Source: an uncultured archaeon
GTDB lineage: Archaea; Asgardarchaeota; Thorarchaeia; Thorarchaeales; Thorarchaeaceae
Direction: 5' to 3'
DNA length: 64,000 nt
Assembly: GCA_964458565.1 (NCBI GenBank)
Contig: CAYWJO010000004.1
Location: forward strand, 81,974 to 145,973
The translations under genes and the position numbers were made by a program. Below the pieces are notes generated by a model, which was not told where the DNA came from, ran no database searches, and was given only the letters and a program-made list of their open reading frames with translations. Positions within the stretch are counted from its first letter, which is position 1. The number at the start of each line of letters is the position of its first letter. Shown piece by piece: positions 38,507 through 47,801 of this stretch.

Positions 38507-39853
38507 TTGGATAGTTATATCGAAAGTGTCTTAGAAAAGGTCAAGGCGAAAGACCCTCAGCAGAAGGTCTTTCATCAGGCCGTTGAAGAAGTGCTGGAAA
38601 CTTTAGAGCCTGCCATTCAGAAATTTCCCAAGTACAAAGAACATGCTATTCTTGAAAGGATTACAGAGCCTGAGAGAATCATCCAATTCAGAGTGCCATG
38701 GGTAGATGATGAAGGAAAGGTCCACGTGAATAGAGGATTCAGAGTTCAATTCAACTCAGCCATTGGTCCTTACAAAGGTGGTCTCAGATTCCATCCTACA
38801 GTTACTCAAGGTATGCTGAAATTCTTAGGGTTTGAGCAGATTTTCAAGAACAGCCTTACAGGTCTACCCATGGGTGGTGGTAAGGGTGGTTCTGATTTTG
38901 ATCCTAAAGGTAAGTCTGATAGTGAGGTTAGAAACTTCTGTCACAGTTTCATGCTTGAATTATATCGGCATGTTGGTCAGTTCATTGATGTCCCAGCAGG
39001 TGATATCGGAGTTGGTGGTCGTGAAATTGGTTACCTCTATGGTATGTATAGAAAGGTGACTAATAATCATGGAACCTGTGTACTTACAGGTAAAGGTCCA
39101 ACATATGGTGGATCACTGATTCGTCCGGAGGCAACAGGCTATGGCTGTGTATATTTCACTTCAGAGATGTTAAAAACTCGAGGTGAAGAGTTTAAAGGAA
39201 AGACTGTTGTTGTTTCTGGTTCCGGAAATGTTGCACAATATGCAGTTGAGAAATGCATTGATTTAGGTGCAAAGGTTATCGCCCTCAGTGATTCGAGCGG
39301 CTGGATTCATGACCCTGATGGTATTGATAGAGATAAGCTAGCTTGGATTATGGATTTGAAAAACGTTCGTAGAGGTCGTATCAAGGAATATGGCGAACAC
39401 TTTGGTGTAGACTATACCGCTGGTGGAAGTCCTTGGGGTCTAAAGTGTGATGTTGCACTTCCCGCCGCTACTCAGAACGAGGTAGATGAAAAGGAAGCAC
39501 AGGCATTAGTCGACAACGGAGTCATAGCTGTTGGTGAAGGCGCAAACATGCCTTGTGTACCGAAAGCAGTTGAGATATTCCAAGAGGCTGGAGTCCTATA
39601 TGGTCCTGGTAAAGCCGCCAATGCAGGCGGGGTTTCAGTATCAGGTCTCGAGATGGCTCAAAACAGTCAACGCTTCTTCTGGAGCAGTGAAGAGGTAGAT
39701 AGGAAACTTCACGAGATTATGGTTAACATTCATAGTACAGCCTACAAGACAGCTGAGATGTTTGGTCAAAAAGGAAATTACCTTCTTGGTGCAAATATCG
39801 CTGGCTTTCTTAAAGTCGCTGACGCCATGATTGACCAGGGCTTTTTGGTGTAA
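38507..39853 (+). CDS. gdhA: NAD(P)-specific glutamate dehydrogenase
   Basis: GPYKGGLRFHP, MGGGKGGSDFDPKG, RPEATGYG, GSGNVA, GANIAGF. Confidence 0.96.
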   Translation: MDSYIESVLEKVKAKDPQQKVFHQAVEEVLETLEPAIQKFPKYKEHAILERITEPERIIQFRVPWVDDEGKVHVNRGFRVQFNSAIGPYKGGLRFHPTVTQGMLKFLGFEQIFKNSLTGLPMGGGKGGSDFDPKGKSDSEVRNFCHSFMLELYRHVGQFIDVPAGDIGVGGREIGYLYGMYRKVTNNHGTCVLTGKGPTYGGSLIRPEATGYGCVYFTSEMLKTRGEEFKGKTVVVSGSGNVAQYAVEKCIDLGAKVIALSDSSGWIHDPDGIDRDKLAWIMDLKNVRRGRIKEYGEHFGVDYTAGGSPWGLKCDVALPAATQNEVDEKEAQALVDNGVIAVGEGANMPCVPKAVEIFQEAGVLYGPGKAANAGGVSVSGLEMAQNSQRFFWSSEEVDRKLHEIMVNIHSTAYKTAEMFGQKGNYLLGANIAGFLKVADAMIDQGFLV

Positions 39854-39861
39854 AATTAGTT

Positions 39862-39900
39862 TGCAGTCCCTCTGGGGCTGCACTTTTATTTCTTATTTTT
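39862..39900 (+). terminator. Hairpin plus T tract after gdhA
   Basis: TGCAGTCCC/GGGGCTGCA stem followed by CTTTTATTTCTTATTTT. Confidence 0.65.
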
Positions 39901-40501
39901 TAATAATATCTAATAATTCTGCTAGACGTCTCTTGATATCTGTTTCAAGTGTTCGAAGATCCGCGAGTTGACTGATTTGTTCCAAATGCTGCTTACGATA
40001 TACCTCGTCAGAAATTTCAGTTCTTCTTCTTTGCCATTCTATTTCATCCATTTGAGCATTGATTTCTCTACGTCTCTCCATCACCAATTCAAATCCAGCT
40101 TTAAGGGACATCCATTCAACCATTGCATTACTTTTTTCTTGTTCAAGTCGCTCTTTTCTAAGTTGTTCCGATTCTATCTCCTGGAGTCTTCTATTTGCTC
40201 TTCGAATTTCTCGTTGAATTTCATATAGTCTAGCTTCAACCTCTCTCTTAAGCTGAACCATTTCTGTTGATTCCAGCCACCTGTCGCGATAGAGTTTGAT
40301 ATGATCCTGTTCTGAGATTGATCCTTGTTCAAGTTTGAGGTCAAGACTAGTTAATTCCACCTGTACGATTTGCAGTTTCTCTTTGATTTCTGAATAGGAT
40401 TGTCTCAGAGCAACCCATTCAACACTATATTGTGAAAGAACCTCTTTGGGTTCCAAATAGTAAGGATCTTTTCTATCTGGGGCATCATTTCCATGACTCA
40501 T
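39893..40501 (-). CDS. Coiled-coil protein with two helical-hairpin repeats (CdvA C-terminal-like)
   Basis: Repeated motif LEQGSISEQDHIKL / RRTEISDEVYRKQ. Confidence 0.65.
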   Translation of the reverse strand: MSHGNDAPDRKDPYYLEPKEVLSQYSVEWVALRQSYSEIKEKLQIVQVELTSLDLKLEQGSISEQDHIKLYRDRWLESTEMVQLKREVEARLYEIQREIRRANRRLQEIESEQLRKERLEQEKSNAMVEWMSLKAGFELVMERRREINAQMDEIEWQRRRTEISDEVYRKQHLEQISQLADLRTLETDIKRRLAELLDIIKK

Positions 40502-40593
40502 GGTATTGTTGAGGGATATGGAGACTTATAGAGTTTTTACTCATTATTAATCCTTAAGAGGAGGCTATGTTCTGCTAAAAGTTGTGAGTATAA

Positions 40594-41667
40594 ATGCAGA
40601 TTCAGGATGAACTTCTTCCCCCTGAAAATCGAAAGCAGAAACCCGCTGATGTTCTAAGTGTTGCTTTTGGTACTGTCTTTACTGATCATATGCTATCAGT
40701 TCAATATGACCAAGGTATGTGGAGGAATGCCCGAATTCATCCATATAGACCATTGAATTTAGATCCCGCATCACTATGTCTCCATTATGGACAAGGAATA
40801 TTCGAAGGTATGAAGGCATATCGTCGTGCTGAACGTATTCTTCTTTTCCGTCCAATTGAAAATTTCAAACGTTTCAATACATCTGCGATACGTATGGTTA
40901 TGCCAACAATAGATGAGAATTTCGCTTTGGAGTCTCTAATGCGGTTACTGAAGATAGAACGAGATTGGGTGCCTACTTTGAAGGGAAGTTCACTTTACAT
41001 TCGACCTACAATGATTGCAACAGAACCGAAGCTTGGAGTAAAACCTTCCGATGAATATCTTTACTTTGTAATCCTGAGTCCAGTTGGTCCGTATTTCAAA
41101 GAAGGTTTCAATCCTGTCAAAATCATGGTTTCGGAAAATCATGTTCGGGCAGCTGAAGGTGGCGTTGGAGCAGCAAAAACAATCGGTAACTATGCAGCTA
41201 GTTTGAAAGCAGGCACTTTGGCGACAAAAATTGGATACTCGCAGGTTCTTTGGCTTGATGCTCATGATCAGAAATATCTTGAAGAAGTAGGAACAATGAA
41301 TATCTTTGTGAGGTTCGATGATGAATTAGCAACTCCTCCTTTGTCTGGCACAATCCTGCCTGGAATCACACGTGATTCAGTCATTCAGTTAACGCGAAAT
41401 TGGGGTTACAACGTAAATGAGCGTAGGATTTCAATCAATGAGGTTATCGAAGGGCTTAGATCCGGAAAAGTTGAGGAGGTATTTGGTTGTGGCACAGCTG
41501 CTATTATTGCTCCAGTCGGTCATCTCTACTATCAGAATACCGAACATCTTGTTTCTGGTGGTAAAATTGGAGAATTAACTCAGAATCTATACGATGAAAT
41601 AACAGGAATACAATCAGGCGAAAAGGAAGACCCCTTTGAGTGGGTCGTTGAGGTCTCCCAAGATTAG
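40594..41667 (+). CDS. ilvE: Branched-chain amino acid aminotransferase
   Basis: FTDHM, LHYGQGIFEGMKAY, LYIRP, KTIGNYA, EEVGTMN, ILPGITR. Confidence 0.95.
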   Translation: MQIQDELLPPENRKQKPADVLSVAFGTVFTDHMLSVQYDQGMWRNARIHPYRPLNLDPASLCLHYGQGIFEGMKAYRRAERILLFRPIENFKRFNTSAIRMVMPTIDENFALESLMRLLKIERDWVPTLKGSSLYIRPTMIATEPKLGVKPSDEYLYFVILSPVGPYFKEGFNPVKIMVSENHVRAAEGGVGAAKTIGNYAASLKAGTLATKIGYSQVLWLDAHDQKYLEEVGTMNIFVRFDDELATPPLSGTILPGITRDSVIQLTRNWGYNVNERRISINEVIEGLRSGKVEEVFGCGTAAIIAPVGHLYYQNTEHLVSGGKIGELTQNLYDEITGIQSGEKEDPFEWVVEVSQD

Positions 41668-41668
41668 C

Positions 41669-42037
41669 TTATTCAATATCAAAAGCTTTGCGTTCAGCAT
41701 CAGATATTGCTGGTGATTCGTTGTCTAGAGATTCCCACTCTGGTGGAGGTTCAACATGAGGCTTATCGATGTCTAGGTCTTCGAATTTTGAAACTTCAGT
41801 TTCAGAATCTTCTTCCTCATCTTCAGTATCCTCATCTCTTTCTTCAGAATCCTCTTCCTCCTCATCCTCTTCATAAGCCTCGACTTTTATCGCACCAGAT
41901 TCAATTTTATCAATGAGAAGGTTGAACAATCTCTCGACTACTGCACTACTTCCTTTAGCCTCAAACTCGAGATCGCCTAATTCAAATTCTATCTCAACAT
42001 AATCTTCTTTTTTATATCCCGATTCATCATCAGTCAT
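41669..42037 (-). CDS. Small acidic hypothetical protein
   Basis: Short folded N-terminus followed by a Glu/Asp-rich tail. Confidence 0.65.
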   Translation of the reverse strand: MTDDESGYKKEDYVEIEFELGDLEFEAKGSSAVVERLFNLLIDKIESGAIKVEAYEEDEEEEDSEERDEDTEDEEEDSETEVSKFEDLDIDKPHVEPPPEWESLDNESPAISDAERKAFDIE

Positions 42038-42155
42038 TGTATTTACCTATATGCCTCTTAATCGCAATCCTATTAAATTCTCCATGTGTGGACATTGATT
42101 CCTAAATCCTTTTAGCATAGATGTGTATAGTGAAGAAATTGCGGACGTGCTTCTC

Positions 42156-42647
42156 ATGACCTCACAACTCACAGTTGATTACACCAAGTGTACAGGTTGT
42201 CGGATTTGTGAATTAGCTTGCTCAGCTAAACATGAAGGAAGTTTCAGACCTAGTTATGCAAGACTTAAGATAATCAAGTACGACGATTTAGGATTAGATA
42301 TACCAAACGTTTGTGGGCCATGTGAGGAGGCACCTTGCGTCGATGTATGTCCGGTCTATGCGATGCGTCGTGATCCAATAACAAAGATGACTTTTCTAGA
42401 CCATGATAAGTGCATCTTGTGTAAGACCTGTGTTGGCGCTTGTGTAAATGGAGTCATCTTATTAGATACTGAGAAAATGCGGATTATCAAATGCGACCAC
42501 TGTGGAGGAGACCCCGAATGTGCAAAGGTCTGCCCTACAGGTGCAATAAAGTATGGTCCCACCGCACAATCTACGATTGTAGAACGCCACCAGAAGGCAA
42601 TGACCTATCTTGCGGAAATGAAGAGAGCTGCTGATACACATGAATGA
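42156..42647 (+). CDS. 4x[4Fe-4S] ferredoxin-like subunit (DmsB/HycB type), AOR partner
   Basis: Four Cys clusters: CTGCRICELAC, CGPC..APCVDVCP, CILCKTCVGAC, KCDHC..PECAKVCP. Confidence 0.9.
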   Translation: MTSQLTVDYTKCTGCRICELACSAKHEGSFRPSYARLKIIKYDDLGLDIPNVCGPCEEAPCVDVCPVYAMRRDPITKMTFLDHDKCILCKTCVGACVNGVILLDTEKMRIIKCDHCGGDPECAKVCPTGAIKYGPTAQSTIVERHQKAMTYLAEMKRAADTHE

Positions 42648-42662
42648 GCTGGGTGTGGTATA

Positions 42663-44555
42663 ATGAGATTTGGTGGTTATAGAGGTCGAATCCTGAGAGC
42701 AGACTTGAGCGCTGGCACGTTCAAAGCTGAATCCATCCCTGAGGACTGGATTCGAAATTATATCGGTGGTGATGGTTTTGCTGCTAGGTTACTCTATGAG
42801 GAAGTACCAGGAGGTACTGATTCGTTGAGTCCAGAAAACAAACTCATTGTGGCAACAGGTCCAATTACCGGTACATTGTGGCCGATGAGTGGACGTACAG
42901 TTTTTGTATCCAAAGCCGCTCAAACTGGTATTTGGGGTGAGAGCCACGTTGGTGGATTTGCTGGAGCTGAGTTGAAATACGCAGGATATGATATGCTCGT
43001 CCTAGAGGGAAAATCTGAGAGGCCTGTATATGTCTTGATTCAGGATTCACATCTTCAATTGGTCGACTCATCAGACTTTTCAGGCATGCACACTAATGAT
43101 GTCACATCTGCAATCAAAAAGCGTCACAATGATCCTGACATTCAAGTGGCTGCTATTGGACCGGCTGGTGAGAATCAGGTAAAGTATGCCTCAGTTATAA
43201 TCAACAACGCTCGTGCCGCAGGTCGTACCGGGATGGGTGCTGTATTGGGCTCAAAAAATGTCAAAGCTATTGCAATACGTGGAACCGGTGCAATAGATGT
43301 GCATGATCATGAGCGATTTGTTGAACTAGCTAAGGAGGCACACATGAGAATTCGAAGACATCCTCAAGCGCAAGAGATGGGAAAATGGGGTACATGGATT
43401 CTTACAGCAACAAAGCAAGAGATTGGAGAGTTACCTACATTCAATCATAGAACCGGTGTATTTGATGAATGGGAGAAGCTTAGCGGTGACTACATTCGCC
43501 CCCGTTATACTATATCTGACCGTGCTTGTTTCGGTTGTAGTTTGGGATGCAAAAAGGTAAATTATATTCCACATGGCCCTTACAGCGGCACCTTGGAAGA
43601 AGGTCCAGAATATGAAGGTCTGATGTCTTTTGGGAGTCTCCTTGGAATTGGGGATTACCCCACATGTCTGAAAGCTAATCAATTGTGTAATAGATATGGA
43701 ATGGATATCATCTCAGTTGGCGCGACAATTGCATTCGCGTTCGAGCTCTACGAAGAAGGCATCATCAACGAGAAAGATACTGATGGTCTGAAACTAGAAT
43801 GGGGAAACAAAGCGGTAGCGATAAAGCTCGTAGAGATGATTGGGAAACGTGAGGGCTTCGGTGATATTCTCGCAGAAGGAAGTAAAATCGCCGCTGAAAA
43901 AATCGGTGGCAGAGCTGCAGAATTCGCGATGCATGTAAAAGGCCTTGAAGTATCAGGACAAGATGGACGCACTCACAGGAGTATAGGACTCTCCCATGCT
44001 ACTGGTGCACGAGGTGCTGATCATCTGCGTAGCCTTGTAATTGTCGATCAAATGGGATATCGGGAAATAGCTGCAGAACGGTGGGGTGAGGATAAAATTC
44101 CAGAAATACTCGACCCATACACAGAAACATACAAGGCTGCAGCAGTCGTTGAAACCGAAAATGCGTACTGTATTCGAGATACACTCATTGTCTGTTGGTA
44201 CTCGGTATCATGGCCTCCTATTTTTTGGATGGACGATTTTGCAAAGATGCTACCTCTTGTGACAGGCATTGAGGAATTTGGTTCCCTTGAGTTACTTACT
44301 GAGATTGCTGAGCGTCAGGTGAATCTAAAGCGTTTATTCAATGCAAGAGAGGGCATAACTCGAGCGAATGACAATTTGCCAAAAAGATTTACGGATGAAC
44401 CTATGCCTGAAGGTCCTGGAAAAGGACAAGTTGTTAATCTCAATCCAATGCTTGATGATTATTACACTCGACGAGGATGGAATCTAGAAACAGGTCTTCC
44501 AACAAATGATACAATTAAACGTTTATCACTTGAGTGGACTCGTAACTACAATTAG
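42663..44555 (+). CDS. Tungsten-dependent aldehyde:ferredoxin oxidoreductase family protein
   Basis: AAGRTGMGAVLGSKNVKA, CFGCSLGC, GPEYE, HVKGLE, RGADH. Confidence 0.93.
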   Translation: MRFGGYRGRILRADLSAGTFKAESIPEDWIRNYIGGDGFAARLLYEEVPGGTDSLSPENKLIVATGPITGTLWPMSGRTVFVSKAAQTGIWGESHVGGFAGAELKYAGYDMLVLEGKSERPVYVLIQDSHLQLVDSSDFSGMHTNDVTSAIKKRHNDPDIQVAAIGPAGENQVKYASVIINNARAAGRTGMGAVLGSKNVKAIAIRGTGAIDVHDHERFVELAKEAHMRIRRHPQAQEMGKWGTWILTATKQEIGELPTFNHRTGVFDEWEKLSGDYIRPRYTISDRACFGCSLGCKKVNYIPHGPYSGTLEEGPEYEGLMSFGSLLGIGDYPTCLKANQLCNRYGMDIISVGATIAFAFELYEEGIINEKDTDGLKLEWGNKAVAIKLVEMIGKREGFGDILAEGSKIAAEKIGGRAAEFAMHVKGLEVSGQDGRTHRSIGLSHATGARGADHLRSLVIVDQMGYREIAAERWGEDKIPEILDPYTETYKAAAVVETENAYCIRDTLIVCWYSVSWPPIFWMDDFAKMLPLVTGIEEFGSLELLTEIAERQVNLKRLFNAREGITRANDNLPKRFTDEPMPEGPGKGQVVNLNPMLDDYYTRRGWNLETGLPTNDTIKRLSLEWTRNYN

Positions 44556-44654
44556 ATTTCTCTTTTATTCTAATAATATTGAACTAGCATATACCGACTC
44601 AGATATGAGTTCTGCTGCAATGCAAATGATTCTTTAATGCATCCTCCACTCTGA

Positions 44655-45623
44655 TTACATTCTTACGTAATCGACGTTGTGGGTTGCTCCACATGCTTCA
44701 CACTTGTATTGGTCCGGTCCAACCCAATCAATTGTTTCGTAACTCATAGGTGCATTGCAGTTTGTACATCTATTCTTAATCTGAGGTTTGACTAGTACAA
44801 CTCCTGCGGTTGTTCCTGATGATGCAGTAGCTTGCATCTCTTGCCTTGTTTCTGTTGCTTCAAACATTGTTTTTGGTGTTACCGAGTCCGCAATAGTGTA
44901 TTGTGAAAGTGGGTGAATTGCATCAATTCGCGAGTATGGCATAACAAGCCACTCAAGATAGTCACAATTAATTTCATCCCAGCATCTTTGTTGCCAAACA
45001 GCAAGAAGATGGTCTTGACGAGGTACAGTACCCTTTATTTCGAATTCTCCTGTGGTTGCCTTGAGCTTTAGTCTATTTCCCCTCGATTCGAAGGTTTCAA
45101 CCATGTGCATTGGGAACATGTACACCTTGCGTTTCTTCGCATCAAATTGATATAGTCGATAATTAGTAAGTATGAAACTATCTGGCCAATATGTGAATAC
45201 CACTTCATCCTTGAGCCAAGCAAATGTTGTGTAGAAATGTCTTGAAAAGGGTCTATGGAATCCGACCCATGACCATCTGTTATAGGGCTGATTTTCATGT
45301 ATAAATGGGATTCCTGACATTTCACAGAGTCGTCTTTGATCTCCTGCAGTGATTCCAGAATATTCTTTGAGGCCCAAGGCGGCTCTCACCTGTTCCCTTG
45401 GAACTAGTTTCCCAACTACATTGACAATCCCATTTACAACGCGGAACATAGCTGAGTTTGGAGTCAATTTGTATTCCTTGATTATATGCAATGGCAGACT
45501 CACATTGGATCTTGTCCCCTCATCCCACTGAATGAGTCTGAAATTTGTTAACACATAACTTCTAGTATGTGAGAGGCCTCTCTCACCAGGAGCCATAATA
45601 ACTGAATTCAACTCTATGAACAC
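44655..45623 (-). CDS. Protein with two PH-like (GRAM/GLUE/bPH) repeats and C-terminal zinc ribbon
   Basis: Repeats YVLTNFRLIQWD and FILTNYRLYQFD; ends CTNCNAP...YKCEACG. Confidence 0.65.
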   Translation of the reverse strand: MFIELNSVIMAPGERGLSHTRSYVLTNFRLIQWDEGTRSNVSLPLHIIKEYKLTPNSAMFRVVNGIVNVVGKLVPREQVRAALGLKEYSGITAGDQRRLCEMSGIPFIHENQPYNRWSWVGFHRPFSRHFYTTFAWLKDEVVFTYWPDSFILTNYRLYQFDAKKRKVYMFPMHMVETFESRGNRLKLKATTGEFEIKGTVPRQDHLLAVWQQRCWDEINCDYLEWLVMPYSRIDAIHPLSQYTIADSVTPKTMFEATETRQEMQATASSGTTAGVVLVKPQIKNRCTNCNAPMSYETIDWVGPDQYKCEACGATHNVDYVRM

Positions 45624-45702
45624 CTATTATCCGTTTTATTCCTATGACTGTACGAAGGTACTCTGATAAAGCTTCGGCGTATCATTCATACGATATACTA
45701 CT

Positions 45703-45912
45703 TCATCTCGGTACTGAAAGATAGAGGATATCATCGAAACCAACGATCCCAAAACCTGATGGGTTCTCAAGTTTCACATGTTCTTCGAAGATTTCTGCGA
45801 CCCTCACATTTGGAATTTTGGCAAGAGTGTCTCTTTGTTGGTATTTAAGATAAACCGTAAATACTGATTGATTTAATTTCAAATCGCTGAAGATATTCCT
45901 CCAATCCGGCAT
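45703..45912 (-). CDS. Small beta-rich (Sm/SH3-like) hypothetical protein
   Basis: 69-aa ORF with GGAGG SD. Confidence 0.6.
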   Translation of the reverse strand: MPDWRNIFSDLKLNQSVFTVYLKYQQRDTLAKIPNVRVAEIFEEHVKLENPSGFGIVGFDDILYLSVPR

Positions 45913-45987
45913 CGATTTGTACCTCCGATTGTATCAGAGCATAATTCAGTTGCATTTAACACTTACCCAAAATGCAATGTGGTTTGC

Positions 45988-46461
45988 TTATTCACTGTCC
46001 AAGAGAATTTTCAAATTATGTGGACTTATTTCCAGAGATCTAAAGAATTTTTTCAACCGAATTTGACAAGTTTGCTTTCCGATATAACGAAAAATGTGAG
46101 TCGCGCATTGCTCCTTACAATCAGAGGCTCCGAATCCTCGAGGGCCATCAACGAAATCCTCTGCACTGCTTAGAGTTTTAGCAATTCTACATTCCTTTCT
46201 CTCATTTGTTTCTGACCATATAACATCAAGAACCCTCGAGTTAGTATTAAGAATATAGTCGACATGCCAGTGAATATTCTTCTTTTTCGAGATATGTCTT
46301 AAGATCCGTTTTTTTAAACTCGTGGATGTTACTCCCATAGCAGAACCAACATATGTCCAAAGTCCCTTTCTGAATTCGAATTCCCCTAAAGCGCCAATTC
46401 TAATTTTAACAGTCTTGGGAATCTCAATAATAAGTACGTACACTCCCTTCATCCTAATCAC
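45988..46461 (-). CDS. GIY-YIG/Uri superfamily (DUF123) endonuclease
   Basis: KGVYVL, YVGSA, RILRH, HWHVDY, FGASDC..C.TH. Confidence 0.85.
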   Translation of the reverse strand: MIRMKGVYVLIIEIPKTVKIRIGALGEFEFRKGLWTYVGSAMGVTSTSLKKRILRHISKKKNIHWHVDYILNTNSRVLDVIWSETNERKECRIAKTLSSAEDFVDGPRGFGASDCKEQCATHIFRYIGKQTCQIRLKKFFRSLEISPHNLKILLDSE

Positions 46462-46705
46462 CCAAGGACGTAATCCTCATTTTTTTCAATGGATATATTA
46501 AATTCTCAATGTAATTCAGAGCACTACCTAGTCCTATGCATTGACTCTTCTCAGCCCCATCTCCCAAAATAATGTGAACAGTTTCTGGATTTTCGTAAAC
46601 ATTTTTGGCAATTGGGTGGTTTCCTCTGGTAAGTTTCAGTTCTTCTCTGATCACTCTAACAAGATTCGTATATTCAATTAGTTCCATTTGGACTAATCCC
46701 TCCAT
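46454..46705 (-). CDS. Small hypothetical protein (possible KH-like fragment)
   Basis: 83-aa ORF overlapping the next start; HIILGDGAEKSQCIGLG. Confidence 0.5.
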   Translation of the reverse strand: MEGLVQMELIEYTNLVRVIREELKLTRGNHPIAKNVYENPETVHIILGDGAEKSQCIGLGSALNYIENLIYPLKKMRITSLGD

Positions 46706-46746
46706 CTCCCTGATAAGATCTCTCTAGTGACGATACTATCATAAGC

Positions 46747-47718
46747 ATGAGTGTTGAATCAAATTCTATAATGGTGGTTCAAGAGCTTATTCCCGGTCTC
46801 TATTATTTGAGAGGACGATTTGCCCCTGAATTTGGTTTCATATCAACCTACATTATAGTTGATGATGATCAGGCTTTGTTGGTTGATCCTGGCACAGCTG
46901 GTGACCCTGGTGATTTGATTATCAAGGCACTGAAGGAATTGGGATTGAAACCCAAGAGCGACCTAAAAGGAATTATCTGTACTCATGGACATCCTGATCA
47001 TATTGGCGGGGTAGGTAGACTTCAACAATCAACAGATGCTTCTGTTATGATTCACAAGAATGATGCAGAACTTCTGGAAACACCGGATTTATTCCTCAAA
47101 AAACGACTGCGAATGGATTTCGCTAAGAGATTTGCAATGAAGTTCGATAAAAGTCCATTAAGGGTAAATTTCAGACCTGTAACTCCTGATAGAATATTAG
47201 TAGATGGAGATACTATTAAAGTAGGACGTCGAATTCTATCTGTGATTTACACAGGCGGTCATTCAGAAGGACATATTGTGCTCTATGAAAAATCTAACAA
47301 TTTGTTGTTCTCTGGAGATGAAATCAATAATTTTCCTAATGACCCTCGAAAATTCTATGTCGATCTTTCAGGAAGTCTTACGAACAAGATAGCGGCAACT
47401 GAGCAACTTCGAAACATGAAGATTGACTATCTCCTTCCTGCGCACGATGTGTTTCATATAGGTGCTGATGCGAATCTACAGATTAAGGAGGTACAAGATG
47501 GTGTGGTTCACTTTCAGGATACAGTATTAGCGCTTCTCAAAGTTCGAGGTGAAGCAGATGTGGATCAAATTGTTCTTGACATCGATAGGTCTAGGAGTGT
47601 ACCATACCCTGTTCTAATGGATTCACTACTTCCTACAACTGTTGAAGTTGCTTTGAAGTCATTGCGTCTTGCTGGTCTTGTTGCAACTGATGATGAAAAT
47701 ATTTGGTTCCTTCCTTAA
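46747..47718 (+). CDS. Metallo-beta-lactamase-fold hydrolase with C-terminal wHTH
   Basis: THGHPDHIGG, GHSEGH, FSGD, PAH. Confidence 0.88.
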   Translation: MSVESNSIMVVQELIPGLYYLRGRFAPEFGFISTYIIVDDDQALLVDPGTAGDPGDLIIKALKELGLKPKSDLKGIICTHGHPDHIGGVGRLQQSTDASVMIHKNDAELLETPDLFLKKRLRMDFAKRFAMKFDKSPLRVNFRPVTPDRILVDGDTIKVGRRILSVIYTGGHSEGHIVLYEKSNNLLFSGDEINNFPNDPRKFYVDLSGSLTNKIAATEQLRNMKIDYLLPAHDVFHIGADANLQIKEVQDGVVHFQDTVLALLKVRGEADVDQIVLDIDRSRSVPYPVLMDSLLPTTVEVALKSLRLAGLVATDDENIWFLP

Positions 47719-47801
47719 GATAGCCAAGCGAGCTATATTCAAAAGAGAGTGTACTATTCTGCTATCAGATATCGCAAGTTAACAATAGGCTTGTAGATGG
47801 T

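Noticed and set aside
45988-46461. GIY-YIG protein as a homing endonuclease or mobile element
   Set aside because: It has the DUF123 motif set of stand-alone archaeal genes, with no host gene interrupted and no flanking repeats.
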